NCBI RefSeq assembly: GCF_006345805.1
Contig: NC_043002.1
Span: forward strand, 56,482,001-56,546,000
From: Octopus sinensis
Lineage: Eukaryota
Reading direction: 5' to 3'
DNA: 64,000 bases
Shown here in pieces: positions 12,441 to 25,355 of the stretch. Position 1 is the stretch's first letter, and each line of letters starts with the position of its first letter. The notes below the pieces were generated by a model that made no database searches, was not told where the DNA came from, and saw only the letters and a program-made list of their open reading frames with translations. A program made the translations under genes and the position numbers.

Positions 12441-12960
12441 GGCAACTATAATAACGATGTTGTTGATGATGATAAGAGTTGACCTCACTGAGATTTGAAC
12501 TCAGACTTCAAAGGGATGTAATTAAATACAATAAAAACATTTAATTCACCCCTCTATCGTTTCTTACTCATTCATCTTTCCACTAATTTTATAACCAGTT
12601 GAATTTGAGTATTATTTTATGCGATGACCACCATACATATATTTTACTCTCTGCTGTGGTCATTGAAAATGTCATAAATATAAAATGTGTAGTGGTGTAG
12701 TGATGTGAATGAATTCGCAGGTTTTATTTTTCAGATTATGATAATTATATTTGTCAACATCTATCACCCTTAGTTCAGCAAGCACAGTGAAGTATATGCT
12801 TAGCTGAGGAGGTCTCATAAAAGTGAAACATGTTCATAGTTATCTCCTTTACTTTCTGAAATTATAAAAATAATAATATTCATTGACTTCCTTTTATTGT
12901 ATCAGCATTTCTAATTAAATTTGTGATGCTCGGTTCATTAATTCTGTTAACACTTTGTTA

Positions 12961-13170
12961 AAGATGGTGAACAGGTAGAACTGCTGCTACACCTGACAAA
13001 ATGCTCGGTGATACTTCTTGCTCTTCACATTCTAAGTTCAAGTACTTTGCTTTTTGCTTGTATCCTTTCAGGGTTATTAAAATAAGTACCAGTTATGCAC
13101 TGGGATCAATGTAATCACCTTGCCCCACCCGCCCTTCAAAACTGCTGGCCTTGTGCTAAAATTTGAAAAG
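12961..13170 (+). mobile_element. SINE family B (diverged)
   Basis: Contains tttgcttgtatcctttcagggttattaaaataagtaccag. Confidence 0.75.
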
Positions 13171-15019
13171 AATGTGATGAGAATACTTACTTAACATTAA
13201 ATCGTGTGGCTAAAAAGTTTGCTTTGTAAGCATCACTTCCTGTTTCCAAATGCCTCCAGTCTGTCAAGCAATGAACAGCTTGGACATGGTTATGTGGAGA
13301 ATTGGAAATGAATGACATTGTTTGAACAATGAACCTTTGTTTACCAAAGTCTGTGCAACATGTCAAATCATTTCAAGAAGCCTGGATATGCTCTTATGAA
13401 GGATTGCAAGGAAATCACACCACCTGTACAAACAGTGAGGCATTTGATTTCAGCCAGGGAACACATGTGAAGATGAGGTGAGATACAGAGTCTCCCACAT
13501 GAAGTTGCACACACACACGCACTCACACACACACACATAAAGAAACAAACTCACAAACACACATATACACACAAATTCACAAACACACATACACACAGAC
13601 TTAATAAGTGAATCCAGTTTCAATGCTGTTTTTAGGACAGATTCTTGGAAGTTTGGCAAGTGGTACCAGTGTCTTCATGTAGCTAAACTTTTGCTTTTTT
13701 TGTTCCAGTTACCATTATGGTTGGCTAATGCACATTGCATGTTCACTGCTGAAACATTTATCAGGAATGGTGAAACCTCCACTACTCCTGTCTTTGTAAC
13801 TTAAAAAAATTATTTTTGAAAATTACTTTTAAACATCAGTGATTAAGGTTTAATAAAAGTGAATCCAATGGGTTTAGTCCCATTGCATGGCACCATGGAC
13901 AAGTGTCTTTTGCAATAGCACTGGGCCAACCAAAACTTTGTGAGTGGATTTGGTAGACGGAAACTGAAAGAAGCCCTTCACGTGTGTGTGTGTGTATTGC
14001 AGCCTTAGCAGTGCTCTACCATCCAATTTAGATTCTCATCCCCTTACCTTGAGAGTATGCCCTGGTGCATAGCCATCGTCTTTCCCTCTCTCTTGTTCTC
14101 TCTCATTCTTGAGCACTCTCTCTCTCCCTCCGACTGTGGTAACCATGTATTGTCCTCTACAGCAAGACATCTGCCTCTAACCCTCTCTCATTGCCTGGCA
14201 CAAATCCACCTCCTCGAGTACTCCTCAGTTTAAAAGGATCTTTGTCTTGCAAGTTATTTGGTGATCTTGCCAGTGCTGGTGCCATGTGAAAAGCACCGAG
14301 CCTAAACTGTAAAGTGGTTGGCATTCGGAAGAGCATTCAGCTGTAAAAACCATACCAAAACAGACCTTGCCAGTGCGGGTGCCAGGTAAAAAGCAGCCAG
14401 TACACTTTGTAAAGTAGTTTTCATTAAGAAGGGCATTGAGCAATAAAAACAGACAAAGGAAAACAACATGCTAAAATAGACAATGGAAGCCTGGTGTAGC
14501 TGTCTGGTTTGCCAGCTCTGGTCAAGCCATCCACTCCATGCCAGCATTGTAACCCATCACTGTTTGACAAGTGTTGGTTTGTTTACATGCCTGTGACTTA
14601 ACATTTTGGCATAAGTGTTTGATAGAAGCACCAGACTTAACAAAAAAAAAAAAAAGTACAGGAGTCAGTTTGTTTGATGAAACTCTTCAAGGTGTTGCAC
14701 CAGCATGGCTGTAGTTCTCAAAGAAGTAAAAGATAAAAGATTATTTTAATTTTTTACAATTTTTTACAATCCCTTCTTTTCTATTTCCCGTTTATAAAAC
14801 TTGTTATACATTTTCCTCTTTAACTTTTTTGAAATATTTTTTTCTGAATTTCATGTTTGAAACTTAAGAGCTTACGACAATAACATAAAAAAACCAAAAA
14901 AATACACTTTTTAGGAAGAAAAAAAGTTATGGGTGTTCTTATTATGAAACTCCACTGTCTTCAGAATATTTTGCATTTAATGTGTCCAGTTGTTAGTTTT
15001 ACATGTCTTTTATCTTTTT

Positions 15020-15340
15020 TAGACTGCAGCCATGCTGGAGCACTGCCTTGAAGAATGAGTTGACTACATTACTGTTTATTAAAGCCAGGTACTTATTTTA
15101 TTGGTCTCTCTTGTCAAACTTCTAAGTTAGGGGGACGTAAACACACCAACACCGGTTTTTAAGTGGTGATGGAAGATAAATGCAGAAGTAAAGACACATA
15201 CACACACACACAGCTTTTTTCAGTTTCTGTCTACCAAATCCACTCGCAAGACACTTGTCCAAGGAGCCACACAGCAGGACTGAACCTGGAACCATGTGGT
15301 TGAAACAGAAGCTTATAACCATACAGCCATGTCTGTGCCA
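15020..15340 (-). mobile_element. SINE family A
   Basis: Reverse-complement head at 15290-15335 and tail at 15020-15120. Confidence 0.8.
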
Positions 15341-15461
15341 TAAAATGTATATATAAAAAATAAGAATATCAAAAATTTTAGTTGTATATTGACTTGATTA
15401 TTTATAAGTTAATGTTTAAATATATCTTGTAAATTAAGATTGAAAGTCACATGTCATTTTA

Positions 15462-15790
15462 AAGAGAGGGAGAGGAGGTAGAGGAAGGAGAGAGAGAGAG
15501 GAAGAGAGAGGGAGAAAACTGGGAAGGACAGGGAGGGAGAGAGAGAGGAATAGAGACAAGGAGGTGAGAGTGAAGGGAGAGAGGGGAAAAGGGGAGTGGG
15601 GAGGAAGGACAGGGAGGGAGAGAGGAAAGGAGAAAGAGAGCAGGAAGGAGGGAGAAATAGGAAAGGAGAGGAAAGAGAGAGGAATAAAGAGAGGGAGGAG
15701 AAAGTGAAGGTAGGACAGAGTTGAAAGAGGGGGTGGAGAGGGAGAGAAGAGAAGAGAGAAGTAGAGAGGAAGGGAGAGAGAGAATTGAAA
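15462..15790. repeat. Polypurine (GA-rich) low-complexity tract
   Basis: About 330 bp of nearly pure G/A. Confidence 0.9.
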
Positions 15791-17202
15791 AGAATGACGA
15801 TCCCAATCCTATTGGATGACTTTATAGCTTTAAAAGAATGAAACTAAAATTTTCATTTCTAAGAATTATTCCTCTCAATAGACCCAGATTCCATTTTCTG
15901 TTTTGTGTCTTTTTTCTTTTCGTTTTTTTCTTTCTCTGAATGTGTCCATATCTTTTGTTAATATTAGTAAACCACTCTTCTATCTCTTAACATTTCTCTT
16001 GCTCTCTCCACTTGCCCTTTCTTCACAGACACAGAACTGAGATTAGTTTGGTGCTGTAGTAACAAATCAACTACTAAAACAAATTGTCCACAGATCGAAT
16101 CCTCCTCTAGCAATAAAATAAGATACACGTTTTCCTTTACAATTTTCCCTCATCCCTTTCTTGGCCTGGCAGGCCTACTTTTCCTGAACTCAATCTCTGC
16201 CTTTATTTCTTGCCTTAACAGCTCTCTCTTATATACCTATATAGACATTTTTACAAACAACGTTTTTCCAACAGACACTTTCTCCAAATAAAAATCCTTT
16301 TACTTCTTCTTCTTTTTATTAATCTCCATCTATCTATCTATCTATCTATCTATCTAATCTATCTATCTATTTTTCAGTCTCCTATACTTCCATCTTGCTT
16401 TGTCTTTCCTCCCGTCGCCTCTCTCTGCCATTATCTCTCTATCGTATATATTTCTATTACGTGCTTTCATTTCCATAATCCAATCCATCTCTTTCACGTC
16501 GACTCTCTCCCTCTCTCATTGAACTAGTTCCTCTCTCTCTCTCTCTCTTTAATATCCTTCTTCCAGGCGTTTATATCAAGTTTTCTAATTTGTTCCTCCC
16601 TTCACTCTCCCATTCTTTCACTACTCATCTTTTAACTCTTTCTCTCATCCTTTCCTTTCCTCTTCTTTCGATTATTAGCATTCTCTTTCTCTATTTCCCC
16701 ACGTCTTTCTATCTATCTATCTATCTATACATACATACGTATTTCTATCTATCCATTTACCCATCACCATATCTCTGTCTCTCTTCTGTGACTCAAATCC
16801 CTTTACTTCTCTATTTTCTTTTCTATTTTGTGGGTTCACCCTTCCCCTTCTCCACCTGTCTGTCTCTCTACATATGTATGTATGTATGCATGTATATTTC
16901 GTTAACTCTCCCGCTGTGTGATCAAGGGCAGAGAACTTTTACACACACACACCACACACACAAATAGAGAGATAGAGAGGTAGATAGACAGATAAATAGA
17001 TAGATAGATGGTATTTCCCTTCTATACTAAACTCTTTCTCAACTGTCCATCAAATACCAGGTGATTTTATAAAAACAAACCATTTTTTAACATATCTCCA
17101 CAAATATCCTTAACAATATGTCTATATATATATTTTATATTACTCTCAGCTTTAGCTCTCCCTCACTCTAGATAGCTATCTAATATATATATATATATAC
17201 AT

Positions 17203-17247
<45 letters not shown>

Positions 17248-17363
17248 CATACACAGATATATATATACACACACACATATCTATCTGTCTTATATATATA
17301 TAGATATATTATATATATCATTTCTGAGCCATTGAACGACGAACAGAGGGGAGACTATCTCTT

Positions 17364-17443
17364 CTCTCCAGATGGCGCTCGCTCTTGTTCCCTCCCTCTT
17401 TACCTCTGCCTTTCTTTGTCGTCCTCTCTCTCTAGATGGCGCT
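17364..17443 (+). promoter_or_regulatory. Two co-oriented CTCF/YY1-like motifs (CTCCAGATGGCGCT and CTCTAGATGGCGCT)
   Basis: Motifs at 17364-17377 and 17430-17443 in a CpG-retaining region. Motif resemblance only. Confidence 0.4.
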
Positions 17444-17894
17444 CTCCCTTTCTCCCTCTCTTTTCTCCCTCCTTTTTTCTTCTTCTCCCTCTCTATCACA
17501 TTTCCCTCCTCACTCATTTACCTCCCTCTCTGTTTGTCTCTCTTTCTACTATTCTCTCTCTCTCTCTTTCCCTCTCTCTTTCTACCATTGAACTCTTTTA
17601 TTCGTCTTGCAGCAACATTTCCAGTTCACCCTTCATGGAAGGGACTGAACGACGAAGAAGAATAAAGGAAAATATATCCTCATAAACATCCGTATTCAAA
17701 ACAAATACGACGACCGGAGCGAAAAAGGAAGGTGAGACCAAGCACCAGATACAATGTGAGACACAATAACATTTACATGTTGAAACAGTTTCTTTTTCTG
17801 TCATTGCTTGGTCATGTAAAACAGACATGAGTCGGAAAGCTCTACCAATATTATTAGACAGTCTATGCACACACACAACCCCCCCCCCACACAC

Positions 17895-17905
17895 ACATGT
17901 ATGTA

Positions 17906-17958
<53 letters not shown>

Positions 17959-18274
17959 ACATATGTATGACAGCAGTGTTGTGTGATATATGTATTGTAT
18001 ATAATGTGTTATATATATATTGTACGTTGTAATGTGTGATATGCTGTGTATATATGATGATGAATGTGTCTATTGTATGTTTGTTGTGTGTGTGTGTATT
18101 TATGTATATATATATATATATCGTACATATGTCTGTTGTATATATTGTATGTTGTGTATATTGTATATATGAATATCTATATATATGTGTATGTATATAT
18201 ATATATATATATGTATATATATCTATATGTGTATGTATATCTGTATATATATATGTGTGTATATATACATATAC

Positions 18275-18328
<54 letters not shown>

Positions 18329-18350
18329 TATATATATATACACATACGTA
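17895..18350. repeat. Compound (TA)n/(TG)n/(TGTA)n microsatellite
   Basis: Directly visible. Confidence 0.95.
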
Positions 18351-18626
18351 CACACACATCATGATTTTGTCATTTGTATAATAATTTCAACTAAACTTTG
18401 TCGGTAAATCTAGGGAGGCTGACTTGGGACACAAGTTGCCATAACGTTTAGAAACATTGTACTTGCAAATATAATCACCATGTTTATTATGATTATTATT
18501 ATATTTTGATTACACTGGGAAATAGTTATATCCCATGAAACATGGCCAAACCTAATGTTTATAACGTATTTTGAAATCAGACAAAACACTCTGATCGTCG
18601 GTCTTTCAACTGCACCCAATTTTCAT

Positions 18627-18683
<57 letters not shown>

Positions 18684-19371
18684 ATCTTGTTTTTGTTATT
18701 TATATGCATTTCTTAGATATCAGGGTCAGTTTTAAATTTCTGTTGGGAGTAAAAAGTGAGATCGAACTAGCATTTAGCTTCGTCCTGGAATCGAAACCGG
18801 GTCGCGGTCTCGTTTAAACCCACTTGTATAAATCTTGTAAATTTCGTTCCCTTGTTTTACATTTGAAGTCTTGTTACTTTTACTTTCACAGTAAAAGCTA
18901 GTTAGTAAACAGTAATAATAGTAGTAATAATAATAATAATAATAATAATTTGTTTTATCACCACCTTGGCGAGTTTGGAAGGGACAATGCGAGGATCGGT
19001 TAGAAAAGTGTGTGTGGTGGGTCTTACACAAGAATCACATGAAGGAAACTAGGAATGATAGAATGTACAGCATAGGAATGTAGTGTGATAACGACCCTTG
19101 AGAAAAAAACCACCTTGGGTTAAGTAGCAAACCCTGCAGATCTAGGATTTACCCGATCGATGATGAATATATTCCTTTCACCGGAGACGATCCTTGTGGC
19201 CTGAAGCTAATTTTGTGGAGATGGCCACCACTTCAAAATTTGCAATATGAAGATGAGTTGGGTAATGGAACCAGAACTAGTGAAGTGTTAAATGACTTCG
19301 AAGTCTGAGACAGGCGGCATATACAGGAAACAATTATTCCAAACAAAAATACACACACGTCTGTGTGTATG

Positions 19372-19412
<41 letters not shown>

Positions 19413-20769
19413 TATACATATATATCGTGGCTGCGTATTCTACACCTCCGCCCTTTATAATTTGTAAATAGAAAATTCTGATAAATTAATATGGTGGATA
19501 TTAAAATAGATATCCTCCAGATGTCATGAGAAAATACATTAATTAATAAGTTATAGACGTAGGGGAAAACACACACACACAAGCTTGTCCCGTCATCGTC
19601 AGTATGGAGAAACCGTTTCACATTCCAAGAACGTCGCCTTTCCCTTCCTGGAGAAAGTTTTGTTTTTATATTTTTGTTCCTTTCCAATTCTTCTGTATTC
19701 AATGTGTGTACTAAAGTGTCACTTGTCAAAACATAATCCAAGAACTCTTCGACTCTTTGTTTTCATCTGTAAAACCCAAGAAACCATTTATTTACTTCTA
19801 GGAACATCTTTTGTTGGATTTGCTGTAAATTACCAATATCCTTCTCGCTTCTTTGATATCAAAATCTCCTTCCTGTTTTGTTTGAAAATTTCATTGTCGT
19901 TTGATCTGTCAACTAATCTGTTCTTTAAATGTCAAAATTGTTGTTTATAAGATTATAGTCTTTTTCGAAATATTAACTAGATCTTCCAGAATTTAATTTA
20001 ATTAACTTTTCAGTTTATTGGTAATAAATGGAAAAAAAAACATAAACAAAACAAACAATATGCTAAATATTAGAATATCGATTGTGGAATGTTTTAAATA
20101 TAGGTGTGTTGCTAACACATTTCAGGACATTTTAATGTTAATTAACCCTTTTTCTGCCCCAAGCATTTTCATAAGTTTGTCCTGAGTGTTTTTGCTTGCT
20201 TTCAGGCTTTTAGTTACTCTGTGTTTCATACGCTCTGAGTGATATAAAGCTTTCCTTTCATAAGTCTCTAAGTTATTCTGGTGGTCAAAGATCGGGAATG
20301 TGTACCATACACGAGGCATGGAAACCAGGGTTCCTTGCAACAAATGAATTTGATTAGTTTTTAAATGTAAAATTCAATTCAGAATGTTAATTCATATTTA
20401 CTATAAAGGTCCTCATTTCATATGAAGTTGGCACATTCAGAAAAACTTCCTTGTGTAGCAATTTGTGTGTCTGAATTATATATGCATAGTATTTAATTAA
20501 TTTATTTGGTTAAGAGTCTTGCTTTGCAACCATGTTGTTTTAAGTAGAGTTCCACTGTGTAAGAATTTGAACGAGTGTCTCCCTCTCCTATAACCCTGGG
20601 CTGGCCAATGCCTTCTGTGTAAATTCGGTGGACAGAAACTGTGTTGAGGCCCATTGAGTATATATGTGCGTTTGTCTCCTCATTATTTGACAACTAGTGT
20701 TGGTTTGTTTGCATCCCTGTAACTTAGTAGTTCAGCAAAATAGACCGATAGAATAAGCACTGGGCTTGA

Positions 20770-20967
20770 TTCATCATCATCATCATCATCATCGTTTAAC
20801 GTCCGTTCTCCATGCTAGCATGGGTTGGACGGTTCGACCGGGGATCTGGGAAGCCAGAAGGCTGCACCAGGCTCCAGTCTTATCTGGCAATGTTTCTACA
20901 GCTGGATGCCCTTCCTAATGCCAACCACTCCGTGAGTGTAGTGGGTGCTTTTTACGTGCCACCTGCA
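20770..20967 (-). mobile_element. RTE 3' tail, short young copy
   Basis: (CAT)n-cgtttaacgtccgttctccatgctagcatgggttggacg. Confidence 0.85.
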
Positions 20968-22269
20968 CAGTATTCATTTGACTATAACCTTCGGGGCAGT
21001 GCTCCAGCATGGCCACTATCCCATGACCTTGTTTGATTCCTATTTTATAAAAACCACAAAGCAAATTCCATGATTGTGGGATTTGAACCCTAATGTTCTG
21101 CCTACTGTACCACCCACTGCCACACTGTTAATGTTTGCTTATGGTGTTCTTCACTCGTTGTTTATGAATCCAACAGAATAACTAGCAAGGTCAGTTTCAG
21201 CATCATTTTTTGAACTGAAGGCCAAAGGGATGTAACTAAATACCTAAAATCACTAGACGTTCTGTCACTCCTTCCTTCTCTTATCAAATACATTACACAG
21301 ATTGTTCAGACAATTCTTGTAGAGTCGTTTTTCAATCTATATTTTATCATCATTGGTTTCATTTTTAGAAATTTTTATTTGGGATTTTATGCAGAGGCAT
21401 TTTAGGGTTAGCTGTGTTTCTTCAAGTCAATTTGTCTCACAAAAGGAATCAAGCTTGTTTTTTGCCTCGTGTTACCACCAATAAATTGGTCCACAAATAT
21501 TTGGTCTTCTCTGAAATAAGTTGCAAAAGAAAACGGCTGCCATCATCATCTTTATAATGTCCACTTTTCCATGTTTGCACGAGTTGGATGGAATTTATTG
21601 AGGCAGATTTTCTATAAATGGATGTTTTTTCTGTTGCCAACCTTCTCCACATGGCCAAGCATGGTCTTGCAGAATATTGGCAATGGATGACACCACTTGC
21701 ATGGCAGTGACACTTGTTTACAACTATCATAAGGAGACACAAACATACACACAAATCCACTCTCAAGACTTTGCTCAGTCTGAGGCTCTTGTAAAAGACA
21801 TTTTCCCCCAAGGTGCTATGCAGTGGGACTGAACCCAGAACCATATGGTTTGTAAGCAAACTTCTTACTACACAGCCACATCTGCATGATAGCAAATAGC
21901 ATTGGTCCTTGATAGAGTCCCATTTGTTTGAGGTTCTATATAAACTTAGGAAAATAACTCATTGATATATTGGTGAATTATTATCATTATCATGGGTTGA
22001 ACAAGTCTACTCTGTAACATTCTACCATTGCAACTGATCCCTGTGAGGATGGCCATTTTGAGTTCTTACCTCACCCACTTCTTCCAATGGCTTCCTTGAA
22101 ATGTTTCCCCTCAGCCATCAGTGTCCTGTACATTTGGTAATTCTTTGCCCAACAAGTATCGACCAATTGTATAATGTTCATTTTAATGCAGTCATCATTT
22201 CTGCTTGCCCATCATTTGATTTCTTTCACACGAGGCCATTTTCTCAACTCCTTTGTGTACAGAAACAGG

Positions 22270-22826
22270 AATAAAATAAAAATAATGAGAATATTAAAAG
22301 ACCGAGACCTCTGGAAGTGTGCTGTGCGCGAGAAGACCCGGCAGGACAAGTGAGTCCATAAACCGTTTCCTTCTACATGGGATGGAGCCAGCCTACGTAT
22401 GCATACCTTCCCTTCTTGGGACACAAAACTCTACTTGTGAAGACCTGTTGAGGCAAGTGAGGATCAGGATCAGAATCGAAATCGATCAATGGAAATTGCA
22501 GATGTGTTACCAGTGCCGGTAGCATGTAAGAGAACCTTCCGTTTCGCGACCGTTGCCAGCGCCGCCCCGACTGGCCTCGTGCCGGTGGCACGTAAAAAGC
22601 ACCATCCGTTCGTGGCCGTTTGTCAGCTCTGTCTGGCACCTGTGCGGGTGGCACGTAAAAAGCACCCACTTCACTCACGGAGTGGTTGGCGTTAGGAAGG
22701 GCATCCAGCCGTAGAAACACTGCCAGATTTAACTGGGCCTGATGAAGCCTTCTGGCTTCACAGACCCCAGTAGAACCGTCCAACCCATGCTAGCATGGAA
22801 AACGGATGCTAAACGATGATGATGAT
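22270..22826 (+). mobile_element. RTE LINE 3' end (last codons + 3' UTR)
   Basis: KDRDLWKCAVREKTRQDK* followed by the hairpin units and the (GAT)n tail. Confidence 0.85.
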
Positions 22827-22829
22827 TAA

Positions 22830-23065
22830 AAATGAACCTGACTGCTCTCAAAAATTAAGTAAAAAAAAAAACAGGAAAATTAATCCAGGATCCTTGCCTG
22901 GTACTGGATCAATTCCCAAATCTAATCAGTCTGTACCAATCATGAGGCCAACCATCTCTGAAAGTTTCATTTGAATCCATCCAGTGGTTCTTGAGACATC
23001 TTGTCCACAGACAAACAAACACAACTGAAAACAATACCTCTGCCTTCGCTAAGGTGGCGGTAATC
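22830..23065 (+). mobile_element. 5'-truncated Helentron/HINE-like element
   Basis: Homologous to 62100-62326; ends in a degenerate stem-loop acctctgcc..ggtggcggt. Confidence 0.55.
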
Positions 23066-23840
23066 ATCTCATAACTCGTGAAATTGATGGGTTATTAACT
23101 AAGGAATCAATCTACTCTGGTTATGGCATTCAGTTTTTGCTAGTCTGTATCTGCTTGATTGTAAAATAGTAACTCGTGAAGAATTCTTAACAACTGCAAG
23201 CAGCAGGTATGGCTATGTGGTTAGGAAGCTTACTTGCCAGCCATTTGGTTTTGGGTTCTGACCTGAAGAAATAAAAAATCTCCTGTCTGAATGTTAACAA
23301 AGGACATTAAATACAAAACCTAAACAATCAACGGTCACTTGCAATCTTGTTTAGATTTGATTCTCATTAAAGTGATACTGAAGACCTAATTATTTATTAG
23401 ATTCATTAATTCATATGTTTTGTTAGCTTCTTCATACTGGCATGAGTTGAATGAAGACTTGTCAAAGCAGTAGATTCCGGCTGGATGCTCCTCCTGTCAC
23501 AAATGGTGCAGAGTCACACAGTGTATTATTTATAAAGTGTGTAAACAGGTCATCACCATTTTGCACAGATATTTGGAATGTAAATATTCACATACATACA
23601 TATATATATATTTTGTAGTTTCAGCTCAGAGCTGTGGTACTGCTGTTTTGCTACACTGTTATTACTGAGAGCCTCCTCTAATATGTGGCACTTGGTGAAG
23701 AATGGAGTTTGATGTCACTACCCTCATTTGCACCTCTTGCTATGAGGTAGGTTCATCTGGGACTCTCGACAGGAAGAGGTCCAGTTTTGATTTGAAAACA
23801 CCTACAACAATTTGAGAGGCTGTAGTAGATGCTTGCCCAA

Positions 23841-24053
23841 GATACCTATTTCTTTACTACCTACAAGGGGCTAAACACAGAGGAGACAAACAAGGACAGA
23901 CAGGCGGATTAAGTCGATTATATTGACCCCAGTGCATAACTGGGCAAAGTCGACCTCGGTGGAATTTGAACTCAGAACGTAACAGCAGACGAAATACGGC
24001 TACACATTTTGCCCGGCGTGCTAACATTTCTGCCAGCTCGCCGCCTCGATACC
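23841..24053 (-). mobile_element. Young long-form SINE family B inserted into a family A SINE, TSD GATACC
   Basis: CpGs retained; gatacc at 23841-23846 and 24048-24053. Confidence 0.85.
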
Positions 24054-24387
24054 ATGCAATGGGATAGAGACTGAAACCATGTGGTTACAGGATGAACTCC
24101 ATATCCACACAACCATAACTGCACCTATTTTAAATTAATTTTTGGTATATGGAAACTGTGTGGGAGTCTGTATGAGGAATGATTCCTGTTGTTGGGTGCT
24201 AGACTTGATTGACCCTTTGCCAGGATGAATACCACCTCCTGGTACTTGGGTGCCTTTGGTAGTTTCCGTCCAATTTTAAGAATTTAGAACAGGTCTCTGG
24301 CCTCAGGGCAACTGCTTACCTTCCATCCAGATAACCCTAAACTTAAGTTACTTTAAAATTAATACTATTTTGTCTTTTCATTTGTAG

Positions 24388-24547
24388 ATTCTTACCTAAA
24401 TTGATACACAACTGTCCGAGGAGAAGTTACCATTTAAGGAATTCAGTGCAAGGCTACAGTTTTGTTGTTTTCACAAAATCCTTCCTATATTAATGTTGTA
24501 GATGGACCAACTTGACTTCTGAGAGCAGTATCTCTAGAATGTTCTTG
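24388..24547 (+). other. Candidate 5' UTR exon of the zinc finger gene
   Basis: Acceptor tcttttcatttgtag| and donor |gtaagt flank non-repetitive sequence. No expression evidence. Confidence 0.3.
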
Positions 24548-24714
24548 GTAAGTGTAAAAACAATAACTTGATTAAGTTTCATATTCCAGTCAGGTAGGTT
24601 TGAGACCAAATCATTTAACCTTCAATGAATGGCAGTTTATTTAGGTGTGAATAACTAAGCCATAGTGAAATAATTTATTGTAACCAGAATGATTGCTGTT
24701 CAATGGATTTTTGA

Positions 24715-25355
24715 GCCACTCCCAAACAGTTGAAAGTATTCGGGGAGAGGTAGACCCAGGAAGACATGGGATGAGGTAGTCAAGCATGACCATCGAATGT
24801 TGGGCCTCACAGAGGCAATAACGAAAGACCGAGATCTCTGGAGATATGCTGTGACTGCAAAGACCCGACAAATAATGTGAGTATGGCTGCTTCCTGCACC
24901 AGTTTCGCATAGCCCCAACCCATCCAAAGTATCTTGGATTGCAGAACGACTTGCTGTGCTTGAGGAGACCTATTGAGTCAAGTACATCAACATCAAAATA
25001 AATATCAAATGGAAATAGTAGTTGTGATACCTGTGCCGGTGGCACGCAAAAAGCACATCAGAACGTGGCCAATGCCAGCACTGCCTTGACTGGCTTCTGT
25101 GCCGGTGGCACATAAAAAGCACCAACCGAACGTGGCCGCTGCCAGCCTCTCCTGGCACCTGTGCTGGTGGCATGTAAAAAGCACCCACTACACTCACGGA
25201 GTGGTTGGCGTTAGGAAGGGCATCCAGCTGTAGAAACACTGCCAGATCAGACTGGAGCCTGGTGCAGCCTCCTGGCTTCCCAGACCCCGGTCGAACCATC
25301 CAACCCATGCTAGCACGGAAAACGGATGTTAAACAACAACAATGATGATGATGCT
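24715..25355 (+). mobile_element. RTE LINE 3' end
   Basis: GRGRPRKTWDEVVKHDHRMLGLTEAITKDRDLWRYAVTAKTRQ followed by the 3' UTR and tail. Confidence 0.9.

Noticed and set aside
12804-12840. CTGAGGA...GAAACATGT as a third hammerhead
   Set aside because: Helix II and helix I do not pair convincingly.
15459-17685. S/L/P-rich ORFs
   Set aside because: Translations of GA/CT low-complexity DNA.
18774-18835. GGTTTCGATTCC on the minus strand as a tRNA T-arm
   Set aside because: No A-box, acceptor stem or cloverleaf could be built.
19159-19204. ATGATGA...CTGA as a C/D snoRNA
   Set aside because: Too short, no terminal stem and no recognisable rRNA guide.
25030-25190. Repeat-spacer-like arrays as CRISPR
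   Set aside because: Eukaryotic context, degenerate repeats, related spacers, no cas genes; part of the RTE 3' UTR.
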